A stretch of DNA of 33,213 nt, taken from Jimgerdemannia flammicorona (Eukaryota). Each line of letters begins with the position of its first letter. The first letter of the stretch is position 1. Position numbers and translations under genes: made by a program. Of the stretch, positions 23,181 through 33,213 are shown piece by piece. The notes beneath the pieces are model-generated. The model was not told the origin of the DNA. It saw nothing but the letters and a program-made list of their open reading frames with translations, and did not search any database. The stretch is from NCBI GenBank assembly GCA_003990765.1, contig RBNJ01000320.1, positions 1 through 33,213 of the forward strand, in the 5' to 3' direction.

Positions 23181-23582
23181 TATGCCCTCCTACATCCTAA
23201 GGCTAAACCCCTGACCAAAGCCCACCCTGAGGATATAGGATATGATCTTTATAGTCTGAAGGATGAATCTATCAAGCCTGGAAAAACCTTCATGATCAGA
23301 ACTGGATTAGTCATGCAGCCACCCCAAGGAGCTTACATCTGATTGACCTCAAGGTCTGGACTTGCCAGACAAGAAATAACTGTAGAAGGAGGAACTATTA
23401 ACCCAGGATATGCAGGCAAAATCAAGGTTATCCTATATAATAGCAGTGCAGAATGGTACTGAATCATTAGAGGACAGAAGATTGCCCAAGCAGTCTTCAT
23501 GAAGATCAGGACCCTACAATCACAAGAAGTATCTGAACTGACTGAAGGAACAAGGTAAGTCAAAGAATTTGGAAGTTCAGAC
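23181..23582 (+). pseudogene. dUTPase domain of element C (all five motifs)
   Basis: Manual translation LHPKAKPLTKAHPEDIGYDLYS..TGL..TSRSGLA..EGGTINPGYAGKIKVILYN..GQKIAQAVF..TR*VKEFGSS. Not in the ORF track because of stops. Confidence 0.92.
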
Positions 23583-24004
23583 AAGAAGGAAGTATATCTC
23601 CTTCAAGTCAACCACCTCAAGAGGAATGCTCCCCAACAAGTATACCAACAACCAGTCAGACTGCACAAGAATCTCATCTTGGGGCCCAGAGAACAAGCTA
23701 CTTTTGAAATCTTTGTACCACTCAACCCCAGAAACCTTTTATTTGAACCCAAGGAAGATATCACATACCTGGATATAGAGGGACACACATTCTCTGATAA
23801 GATGAATCCAGTATACTCCCAAGCAACCAACCAAAGTTGAGAGACCATCATCTTGCTGAAAGGAACCATCATAGGACATCTGGTGTCTTTTCTCAACCAA
23901 ACTTATAGGGAAGTTTATGAACTAAACCTATCAGGAAATGGCAAAAGATTCCAGAAGAAAGGAAAGGCCCCTCTGTGACTCAGGAGACAGTGAAGCCTTT
24001 CACT

Positions 24005-25405
24005 AATATTGGAGAAGAATTGACACCCCAACAATAGCAACAACTAGTAGAACTTCTCAACAAATATCAAGATATCTTCACTACTGATTATGGCAACCTG
24101 CCATACAACCCATCATATCACCACAGCATAAATACAGGAAATGTAACACCCATCTGGCAGAAACCCTATAGAATACCCCATCACTTGAAAATATTTGAAA
24201 AAGAGCACATTTAAGAACTCTTAGATAATGGAGTTATCTGACCCTCTACCAGCCCTTGGGCCAGCCCTATACTTATTGTACCAAAGAAAGAAGGATGGAG
24301 ACTTTGTGTGGACTACAGGAAACTCAATTCAGTCACTGAAAAAGATGTCTATCCTTTGCCCAGAATTGATGATCTTTTGGACCAGTTACAAGATGCCAGA
24401 TAGTTCAGTAGTATGGACTTCTTTACAGGATTTCATGAAATCCCCATGGACTCCAAAGACATTCAAAAGACAGCCTTCCTTGCCCTAGGAAAACTGTTTG
24501 AATACCTCTGAATGCCCTTTGGACTTTGCAATACACCCCCCACCTTCAAGAGGATGATGAATTCAGTCTATACCCCTTTGATCTACCACTGCCTGATTGT
24601 ATATATGGACAATTCCAACATCTATTCAGCAAATTTTGAAGAACACCTGCACTACCTAGAGGAATTCTTCAAGCTCACCTACAAGAACTATTTGAGATTG
24701 AATGCAAAGAAATGCTACTTTGGGAAACAGAAACTTGAATTCCTGGGATTCATAGTTTCAAAAGAAGGAATCCATACAGACCCAAAGAAAACTGAGAAGA
24801 TCAACAATTGGTCAGTACCTAAGACCCCAAAGGAAATACTATCATTCCTGATGCTAGTATCCTATTACAGAAGGTTTATCAAGGACTTTGCCCAAATTGC
24901 TGCCCCAATCTGAATTTTTCTCAAGAAAGGAGTACTATTCAAATGGACAGAATCACAAGAAAAAGCCTTTAAAGAACTCAAGAACCACATGACTATAGCA
25001 CCAATTATTATATACCCCAATCTACAAAAGTCATTCATCCTGTATACAGATGCTTCCAAAGATGGCCTAGGAGCAGTTCTAGCCCAAGAAGGACTCGATC
25101 AATAGCACTATGTAATAGCTTATGCAAGCAGAGCTACCAATCAGCAGCAGATGAACTATGGTAGCACCAAACTGAAATGTCTTGCAGTCATATGAGCGGT
25201 CACCCTGTTCAAGCATTACCTTATTGGAAAAAGATTCATCCTGATTATAGATCATGCAGCCCTCAAATGGCTATTCAACCATAAAGAACCCATCAGAATT
25301 CTAGCCTGATGGATCCTTATCCTTCAGGATTATAAAATTACCATCATCCACAAAGCAGGGAAAGCCCACAACAATATTGATGTACTTTCTCACCAGCCCC
25401 AATGA
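24005..25405 (+). pseudogene. Reverse transcriptase + RNase H of element C
   Basis: [45 protein letters not shown] (YMDD decayed), FLGFIVS; RNase H LYTDAS..GLGAVL, DHAALKWL, GKAHNN.DVLS. Confidence 0.95.
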
Positions 25406-26460
25406 ACCAGAAGAAGGGTGTCCTGAGGAACTACACTCTAAAGGAAGCTCCTCAGACCATTAAGACACAAGAAGTTCTCATCTGAAAAGAACATCAGAAA
25501 GCCCACCAAGAACAGGTGAATGTAGAAGAGAAGTTGTGAACAACATACCAACATTGGCCCAACCTTAGAACATAAGTCTGGGATATACTCAAGAAATGTG
25601 ATACCTGCCAGAAGTACCAAGGAAGAAAGAACTATCAAGCATTACTACAACCAATCATACCACCAGACAATATCTTTCAGAGATAGAGAATAGATGTAAT
25701 TGGACCTCTACCAGTTATATCAAGAAGAAACAAATACATCCTTATATTTGTAGAACATCTGACCAAGTGGCCTGAGGCTTTCTCAATGGAAATTACAGAT
25801 GCCCTAACTATTGTAGACCTTCTCCATAGACTCACACTCAGATATGGACCCCCAGAAGAACTCATCTCTGATCAAGATACAGAATTCATCAATAATATAA
25901 TCACAAGTTATGCTTGAATTCACAAGATCTATCTCAAATAGACCACATCATACTATCTCCAGACCAATGGTATGACAGAAAGGATGAACCAGACCATCAA
26001 GAAAGGACTTGCCCAAGTCAATTATACCAATTGGAACCTCTGCTTACCTGAGATCCTATGGGAAATTCAGAACACCCCTGCCACCTCTATCAAATAAAAG
26101 CCATTCAAAATGATGTTTGCTAAGAAAATGAGAACTACTGACTATAAGAACCTTGGAGATCTCCTCAAGAAGGCAGAACAGTTATATAATCAGGCTCGAG
26201 TTCAGATTACCAAAGTCCAAGAAAGACAAAAGAAGTACTATGACCAGAAACAGAAGGATTAGAAGATCAAGATTGGTGATCAAGTACTAGTTTGGAGAAG
26301 CATGATTGAAACAAACTTTGCTGCCAAACTGGAGCCCAAATAGAAAGGATCTTACCTTGTATATAACATCAGAGGAACCAGTATCTATTTAAGAAGTATG
26401 GATGGACAAACCCTGAGAATACCAGTATATATCAATTGCCTCAAACTATATCTTCCCTCT
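25402..26460 (+). pseudogene. Integrase of element C
   Basis: HHCC (EHQKAH..CDTCQK), IDVIGPLP, LTKWPEA, LISDQ, QTNGMTERMNQT and the GPY/F-like region KLEPK*KGSY. The 3' end is approximate. Confidence 0.92.
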
Positions 26461-26981
26461 ATACCACGAGCCAAAGAATTGATTAGCACCTCTAGAAATT
26501 GGTCCTCAGCTCCTTCCAGGCCCTACCAGTTCCTCTACCTCAATTTGGCCAAGCTAATGGAAACCTCCTTCAGAGGATTCAAGTTTACCAAGAAAATCTT
26601 ACCTTGGCCAGATGCCTACTACAAGTCCACCAACTGCAGGTCTATTATGTAATTGGTGAACAATTACAGAACCTTCTATCCCCAGAGCAGACCTACATCA
26701 GAAATACCACAGATCTGATCAGAAGAGACACTATCACTGCAGACAGATTATATACCATTTACAAATGAAATGTTACTGCTCTGATACAGGCACAGTTCTC
26801 TCTGAATAATATTCAAGGAATGAACCCTATTGCCTATTTGAGCATCATCAATTCTATTGAAATTCTATTCCCTGAAGAAGAAGAAGAGCCTATAGAATAG
26901 AGTGACCCTAGTATAGACAATGAAGATGATGGAACAGGTATAGATGTAGAAGCAGCTTATGCTTATTGAGATGATGACTAA
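26448..26981 (+). pseudogene. Extra ORF between integrase and PPT (env position), unknown function
   Basis: One frame extends track ORF 26499-26768 through revertible stops to TAA 26981 and has an acidic C-terminus. The start codon is uncertain. Confidence 0.65.
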
Positions 26982-27008
26982 AGAATAGTCTGAGACAGAC
27001 TATCCTTC

Positions 27009-27020
27009 AGTGGGGGCTGA
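27009..27020 (+). promoter_or_regulatory. Polypurine tract of element C
   Basis: AGTGGGGGCTGA lies directly before the 3' LTR. Confidence 0.7.
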
Positions 27021-28351
27021 TATAATAGACCAAAACATACCACCTGAATTATAACTTAGCCAGATGATGTAAACAATTGGCATACTTAACCAAATGATGT
27101 AGGCTCTCAGCATGACATCCAGTATATCATAGTTACTCATATTGCTACACTTATAATTAGCCAGACATACCAGATAGGGTCTGTTTATCTATACAGACTC
27201 TGTATACTATATAGACTCTATATACTGTATAGGTCCTGTATACCGTACAGACTCTATAATCTGCCATAAGTAGCAGATCTATAGTTAGCTATATAGCAAC
27301 CAATTTGTATAAATTACCCCAGAGATAAGAGTGAATAAACCTCAGTTCAAAATACAAATACCAAAGAAGTCTTTAAAGATTGAGCATTGGTCCTCTTTCC
27401 ACTCTAGTTCACTTTCTAATACAAAGCTTGAAGATTTTGCTGCTAAGTTTAAGAAAGAACTTTGCCACCTTTGGAATTATTAGTTTGTTTGCCAGATAAG
27501 CCTGAAGATTTCCATCTAAGAGAAAGCTGCCTTACTTAAGCCAGTTTCTAATGCAACTTCACAGTAATCCATTTACATAAACAAAGCCAGTCTTTGATAC
27601 AACTTTGCTAAGAGACCCTTTCCAAGAAGCTGCTAGTATGTTTCCCACCTACCGATTCAGAAAGAATCTGTGCCACCCAAGTGGTATTCTCAGTTGAAGC
27701 TACTGATTCAGAAGAATCCATGCCATCTGAGTTATTTCCCAGAAGCCCACTAATTCAGGAGAATCTGCATCATCTAATATTTTCAAGTTATCCATCATAT
27801 TCCCAGTTGAAGCCACTATTTTCAAGTTGTCTGCATTCCTAGAGAACCCATACCACTCAAATTATTATTCCCAGAAGAGCCTGATTCACACTGTCCAAGT
27901 TGTTTGTCATTCCCAGTGAGCCAAATCGAGTTATCTACCAAATTATCAGAACATCCTGCATAAGGAACCTGCTGTACTACACAGAGATCATCATGCAGAA
28001 ATTGCATAAGAAGAACTGCTAAATTGCCAGACTATTACACATATAAAGAGATGCTAAATTACCAGACTATCACACCCAAGATCATTGTACTACATATAAA
28101 TTTCTACCAATTCCCAGTTGACCAAAAAAGGAAATCTATTCACACACAAATTGCTGCTATATCTAGAGAACATCTCAATAAGGAAATCACTTGCAGATAT
28201 CCAGCTTTGACTATTATACCACTAAATACCAACAAGGACCTCAGAAATCTTAGAACATTTTGTTGTTTTTGACAAAGTAACTGAGGGCTTAAGCCAAACT
28301 ACATCAACCCCCAACCTTATAATTTGCCTCTATCGAGCCAGACACATTACA
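27021..28351 (+). repeat. 3' LTR of element C (1,331 bp)
   Basis: Start TATAATAGAC aligns with TGTGACAAGC at 29311. End CATTACA matches the 5' LTR. Confidence 0.9.
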
Positions 28352-28825
28352 TTACAGAAGTAGTATGATATATGGTATTCTTTCTATAATGTTACTGAGA
28401 TGAGTAAATTTGATAATCAATTTATAGATTAGTAATCATAATAGGGTTACTACTAGGTCTTTTATAGTAATTCTCAATAGGCTCAATATTCTCAATAGTG
28501 GGTTTATGAGAGTACTGAGATCACTAGTATTAGGCTTAGATATTTTTTAATTACTTTTTTAAATTAGAATAATATAGTGAGGGCTTTACTGGATTCAGTA
28601 GTTTGTAATTATATTGAATAATCTTTACTTACATATATAGAAAACTCAGTAGTAGAGATAGAATTTCCTTTAATTGATATAATATCTCTTATAGTTTGAC
28701 TTTATAGTAGTAATTATTAGAGAGAAAATTCAGAAAATGTTCAATTATAGCTTTAATGAATTCTCATATATATTTCTTATAAAAATAACTATTAATACAT
28801 AAATCTTTAGAACTCTTTTTTAATA

Positions 28826-29310
28826 TAATATCATCTATAGACAGATGGTCAAATAGAAAGAACCAATCAAACTCTAAAGTAGACACTTAGTATCTACTAT
28901 AACTATAAGTAGAATAATTAGAATAAAAAGCTAATCTTAGCTAAATTTATATATATATAATAACAGTACAAATATAAATACTAAAATGACTCTATTCTAT
29001 TTGAACTATAGATAATATTCTCAGACTCTCATACTAATTACCTAAGCTATAGTATTAGCTATATAAGAAATTATCAATATATATTATATAAGTCAATATC
29101 TAGTAAGTATACAATACTTTCATAAAAGTACAAAGAGTATAAGTAGTATATACTGATAAAAATAGAAGAAAAGTTACTTATGAAAAAGGTAAATATATAT
29201 TACTCAGTACATAATATCTAACTTTAAATAATATAGGTCTAAAGAAAAAACTCAGATCTAACTATATTAAACTATTTGAGATTTTAGAAAAGTATAGATC
29301 TATTATATAT
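28826..29310 (+). pseudogene. Extremely decayed Gypsy integrase relic (core end + GPY/F region)
   Basis: Reads YHL*TDGQIERTNQTLK*TL..LAKF (consensus YHPQTDGQTERxNQTLEQ) and KKKLRSNYIKLFEILEK (consensus KLxPxYIGPFxI). Interrupted by element D. Confidence 0.8.
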
Positions 29311-30766
29311 TGTGACAAGCTAAGACGTACCACCTGAATCATATCTTAACCAGATGACGTGAACGAGATGACGTGAACACTCAGCTTAGCAACCAGCAAC
29401 CCTTGCTGCGGAACCTGTATAAATAGCCAGACATACCAGAAAGGGTCTGTTTACCTGTACAGACTCTGTACACCGTACAGACTCTGTACACTGTACAGGT
29501 CCTGTACACCGTACAGACTCTGTACACCTGCCATAAGTAGCAGATCTATAGTTAGCTACATAGTAACCAGATAGCAACCAACTTGTATAAATTACCCCAG
29601 TGGTGAGAGTGAATAAAACCTCAGTCCGAAATTGAAGCAAAAGACAAGTCTGCCTACCACACTTTGAGAGGAACTCTACAGCTACTGCTAGGAGATTGTG
29701 AGCTTATTTCCCCACTCCGGTCCACTTTCCGATACAAAGAATGAGTCCAAAATACAAACACCAAAGAAGCCTCTAAAGATTGAGCATTGGTCCCCTTTCC
29801 ACTCTAGTCCACTTTCCGATACAAAGCTGATTTTGCCGCCAAGTTCGAGTGAAGAACTTCGCCGCCTTTTGAAGAACCCGCCGCTTAAGGAATAAGCCAC
29901 GCTATTGGTATGCTTGCCAGATAAGCCTGAAGAATCCCAGTTTTCCGCCAAGTTCAAGGAAGAACTTCGCCGCATTCCCAGAGAGCCCGCCTTTCTTGCC
30001 ACAAGCCAGTTTCTGACGCAACTTCACAGTGGAGCCAGTTTACAACGTAACCCCACGTAAACGAAGCCAGTCTTTAATGTAACTTGTCAAGAATCCGAGT
30101 TATTTCCCAGAAAACCCGCGCCATCCGAGTAGTATTCCTAGTTGAAGCCGATCCAGGAAGAATCCGTGACATTCGAGTTATCCAAATTATCTGCGCCATC
30201 TGAGTTATTTCCCAGAAAGCCCACCGATCCAGGAGAATCCGCGTCACCTGCCGCCTTTTGAGTTAATCCACCATATTCCCAGTTGAAGCCACCGATTTAG
30301 AAGAATCTGCGACTTCCAAGTTATTCATCATTCCCAGTGAGCCCGGTATAGAAGAACCCGCACCATATATTCCCAGTGAGCCAAATCGAGTCACCCGCCA
30401 GAAATCGCATACTTTTGGAAACCCGTCGCGCTACACAAAGATCACCGTGCTACACGAAGATCGCCCGCCACCCAAGAAGGAGAACCATTAAATTGCCAGA
30501 CTGTTACGCACAAGAAGATCATTGCGCTACACAGAAATTGTGCCATTCCCAGTTGACCCAAGAAGGAAACCCATTCACACAAATCGCCGCTACACCCAGA
30601 GAACAGTCCCAATAAGGAAATCGCTCGCACAGTATCCAGATCTTGACTATTATACTGCTAAACACCAAGAACATTTTGTTGCTTTTAACAAAGTAACTGG
30701 GGGCTCAAGCCAAACTACATCAACCCCCAACCTTGTAATTTGCCTCCATTGAGCTGGTATGTTACA
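29311..30766 (+). repeat. 5' LTR of element D (1,456 bp)
   Basis: TGTGAC...GTTACA termini; TATAAAT at 29586 and AATAAA at 29612; homologous to 27021-28351. Confidence 0.92.
29457..29528. repeat. Four tandem copies of an 18-bp palindromic unit
   Basis: GTACAGACTCTGTACACC x4 (unit 3 has a GTC loop). A decayed counterpart lies at ~27191-27260. Confidence 0.95.
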
Positions 30767-30768
30767 TT

Positions 30769-30786
30769 TGGGGGCTCAACTGGGAA
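30769..30786 (+). promoter_or_regulatory. Primer-binding site of element D, tRNA-Pro-like
   Basis: TGGGGGCTCAACTGGGAA, identical to the element C PBS. Confidence 0.75.
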
Positions 30787-31342
30787 GATTTCAAAATCGA
30801 CATGACTTTTCAGCTCACAAGAACCCACAGTCAAACTGGATATATTTGATACAACACCAACCTCTGCTACTACAGGAGAATCAGTCATCACTAGCATCTG
30901 GATAGGAAGAGAAGTAATTACCTCAAGACTTGCCAACTACTCAGCATCAGAAGGATCTCAACTGGAAGCAGGAGGCAGTACAGCCCGAAATTCTCAGCCA
31001 GATCAACCAGATCAACTAGATCAACCAGACAATACAGGCAGCCCTGCTGGAGATTTTGGAGAACTTGTACAAGAACTAGAAGACTTTATTACCCAGACCC
31101 AACATCTCACAGCCAGATACCCCACACCAGTCCCACCAATTTCATCAATAGAACCCCTACCACAACCTCTTGCAGAATCAGAAGTAGCTCCTACAAGGAT
31201 ACCTAGGCCTACTCCACCTCATCCAAGGACCAGAACACCATCTTCAAGATACCCAAGCACCCTGGTCTCTAGTGACAGTTCAGAAAGTGAATCAGAATCA
31301 GAATCCGAATTTGAACCAGAATCAGAAAGAAGTGATAAAGAA

Positions 31343-33213
31343 ATGGCCACCTCATTGCCAATCTTTGCAGGATACCCGGAGGAAGACCCCAGAGAATTCC
31401 TTGATGGAATCAAAGGAATTGCAGCCTTGAGGAATCTCTCAGATGAAAGGAAGATTGCCATCTACAAAGCTCAACTCAGAGAACCAGCCAGGGGGATTTT
31501 CCATCAAACAGCAAACAACCCAGATTCTGAACTAGCAAGACAGATACAAGCAGCAGCTTCCTATGAGCTAGAATATCAGGCTATGGTCTACTGGCTTATA
31601 GAAAAGTATGCAGGAAATGAAACCCGCCACAAGGCCCAGGAATCCATCATGGGAATGAAGATGAATCTTGGAGAATCACCTAGAGCCTTCTTTACAAGAA
31701 TCCAGAAGAGGATGCACTCTGCCGGGTTCAATGCCACCAACCAAGACATCATAGGTCCAATGACCTTCATGAATGGGATTCCTCCAAATATTGCCCAGCA
31801 TGTCTACACCCTAGGCATCAGAAGGTCTGAAGAGCAAGTAGATGCAGCCCAAGGATTCTTTGATGTCAGGCAAGGAACTACCTGGAGTGACCATGACAAG
31901 AAGGAAGATAAAGAAGATATCCTGGTCAAAGCCCTACAGGGACTCCTTCAAGGACAAGAAAGGTCTGAAGAAAGAAGGCTGGCCAAGGAAGGAAAGAAAG
32001 ACAGAAGTGAAATTCAAGACCTCAGCTCCAAGTTAGACCGATTGGTTGGGCAGATTGAAAAACTCACCACACGCGAAAATCGGGACTACCAAAACAACAG
32101 AGGATACCCACCACAGAGGAGCCAAGGTTATCCGCCAAGAGATAACAGGAATTACCAGCAAGAAGAAAGAAGGTACCCTGCCTGAGACAGAGCCCAAGTC
32201 CAGTGCTTCCACTGTGGACAATTCAGACACTATGCCACTGAATGTGACAACAGAAGAAGTGACCGAAGGGACTCAGAACCACCAAACCAAAGGAATGACA
32301 CCCAGTACAAGAAGACTGAAGCCCATCCTGTCGAAGATTTCGAGGAAGCAAGCAACAGTGAAGACTACAGTGACCTAGATTTGTACCCTACCAAGGTTAC
32401 CACCCGAAAGACAGTCTACCCAGCAGAGAAAAGAAAGAGACCTATGGGAAGACCATCCAGGAACATCAGCAGAAGAATCATCCAAGAAGAAGATGAAGAA
32501 CATGAGGAGGAACAAGTTGAAACACCTCCCCGAACCACCTCACCCTTTGTGCCCGAGACAAACGAGTTGCTGCCAGAAGATGAAGAAATGGAACAAGAAG
32601 AACGGGAACCTGCTGCTCCAAAGCCTAAGAAGAAGTACACCCTGAAGACCATGCCTAGGGATATTTACAATAAAGCCTGGCAGAAGATTCAAGAAGCCAA
32701 GATAGAAGTTCCTCTCCTACAGTTCTTGCAACTGACACCAGCTGGAGTCCGAAACAAATTGTTAAGAACCACCAGGTCTAGCACTGGCTGAGTTTCAATC
32801 CCACAGCAAGAACCAGCTTCCATCCCAGTTCAAGCAGCGGAAAGACATGTCAGCACCTACTTACATGGGGATATTGGAGGACAAAAAGCGAAAATCCTCA
32901 TAGACACAGGAGCAGCTGTCTGTGTCATTGCCAAACGATTCCTGGACACCCTCCAATGGCCCATTGATGGACCATCCAACCTCAGCATCATAGTAGCAGA
33001 TGGAGTCTGAACTCAACCTCTTGGAGAAGTATGAAATATTACCATCTCCCTTGGACACATTCAGTTCTCCATCCCCAAAGCTGTTGTCACCGAAGCTGTC
33101 ACCTATGATATGATTCTTGGCACCAACTGGATGAAGGAAATGAATGCAGTTGTGGATATTGGCCAACAAGTACTCAAGTTCGACTACCGAGGCAAGAAGT
33201 ATAGAGTTAAGGT
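31343..33213 (+). pseudogene. gag-protease of element D
   Basis: The 280-aa track ORF continues in frame past TGA 32183 into CFHCGQFRHYATEC (CCHC) and ILIDTGAAVC (protease active site, ~32895-32925). Confidence 0.92.

Larger units (their letters stand above)
18883..28351 (+). mobile_element. Ty3/Gypsy element C, near complete (5' LTR truncated), carrying a dUTPase and a 3' extra ORF
   Basis: Two matching LTRs, PBS, PPT and domain order gag-PR-(dUTPase)-RT-RH-IN. Confidence 0.95.
29311..33213 (+). mobile_element. Ty3/Gypsy element D (same family as C), 5' part, runs off the window
   Basis: LTR, PBS, gag and protease are colinear with element C and less mutated. Confidence 0.95.

Noticed and set aside
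26448..26981. Retroviral env gene
   Set aside because: It is too short and shows no signal peptide, furin site or clear transmembrane anchor. Kept as an unknown accessory ORF.
29457..29528. CRISPR-like palindromic repeat array
   Set aside because: The units are contiguous with no unique spacers, lie inside an LTR, and have no cas genes nearby.
32183..32185. Programmed stop-codon readthrough between gag and the zinc knuckle
   Set aside because: This TGA is one of many CGA>TGA-type stops, and element C has TAA at the same position, which is consistent with decay.

Overview
This window is eukaryotic, probably fungal (inferred from the element types and the mutation pattern), and consists almost entirely of nested, mutationally decayed retrotransposons. 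I see no host gene, RNA gene or CRISPR array. Left to right: (1) a near full-length L1/Tx1-like LINE on the minus strand, inserted into a chromovirus-type LTR; (2) a chromodomain, PPT and 3' LTR remnant; (3) a possible DNA-transposon end; (4) a 2,076-bp solo LTR (family B) with a 5-bp TSD; (5) Ty3/Gypsy element A (LTR-gag-protease-dUTPase), interrupted inside its dUTPase by a second family-B LTR and its gag; (6) a poly(A)-tailed LINE 3' fragment; (7) near-complete Gypsy element C (gag-PR-Cys/His spacer-dUTPase-RT-RH-IN-extra ORF-LTR); (8) a very heavily mutated integrase relic; (9) element D, a younger relative of C, cut by the window end. Most in-frame stops can be reverted by undoing C>T or G>A changes. 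The most interesting signals are a ~365-codon protein-coding frame lying wholly inside the family-B LTR and kept at identical length in both copies, its apparent similarity to the env-position extra ORF of element C, dUTPases in two Gypsy families, and gag frames that read through the primer-binding site.
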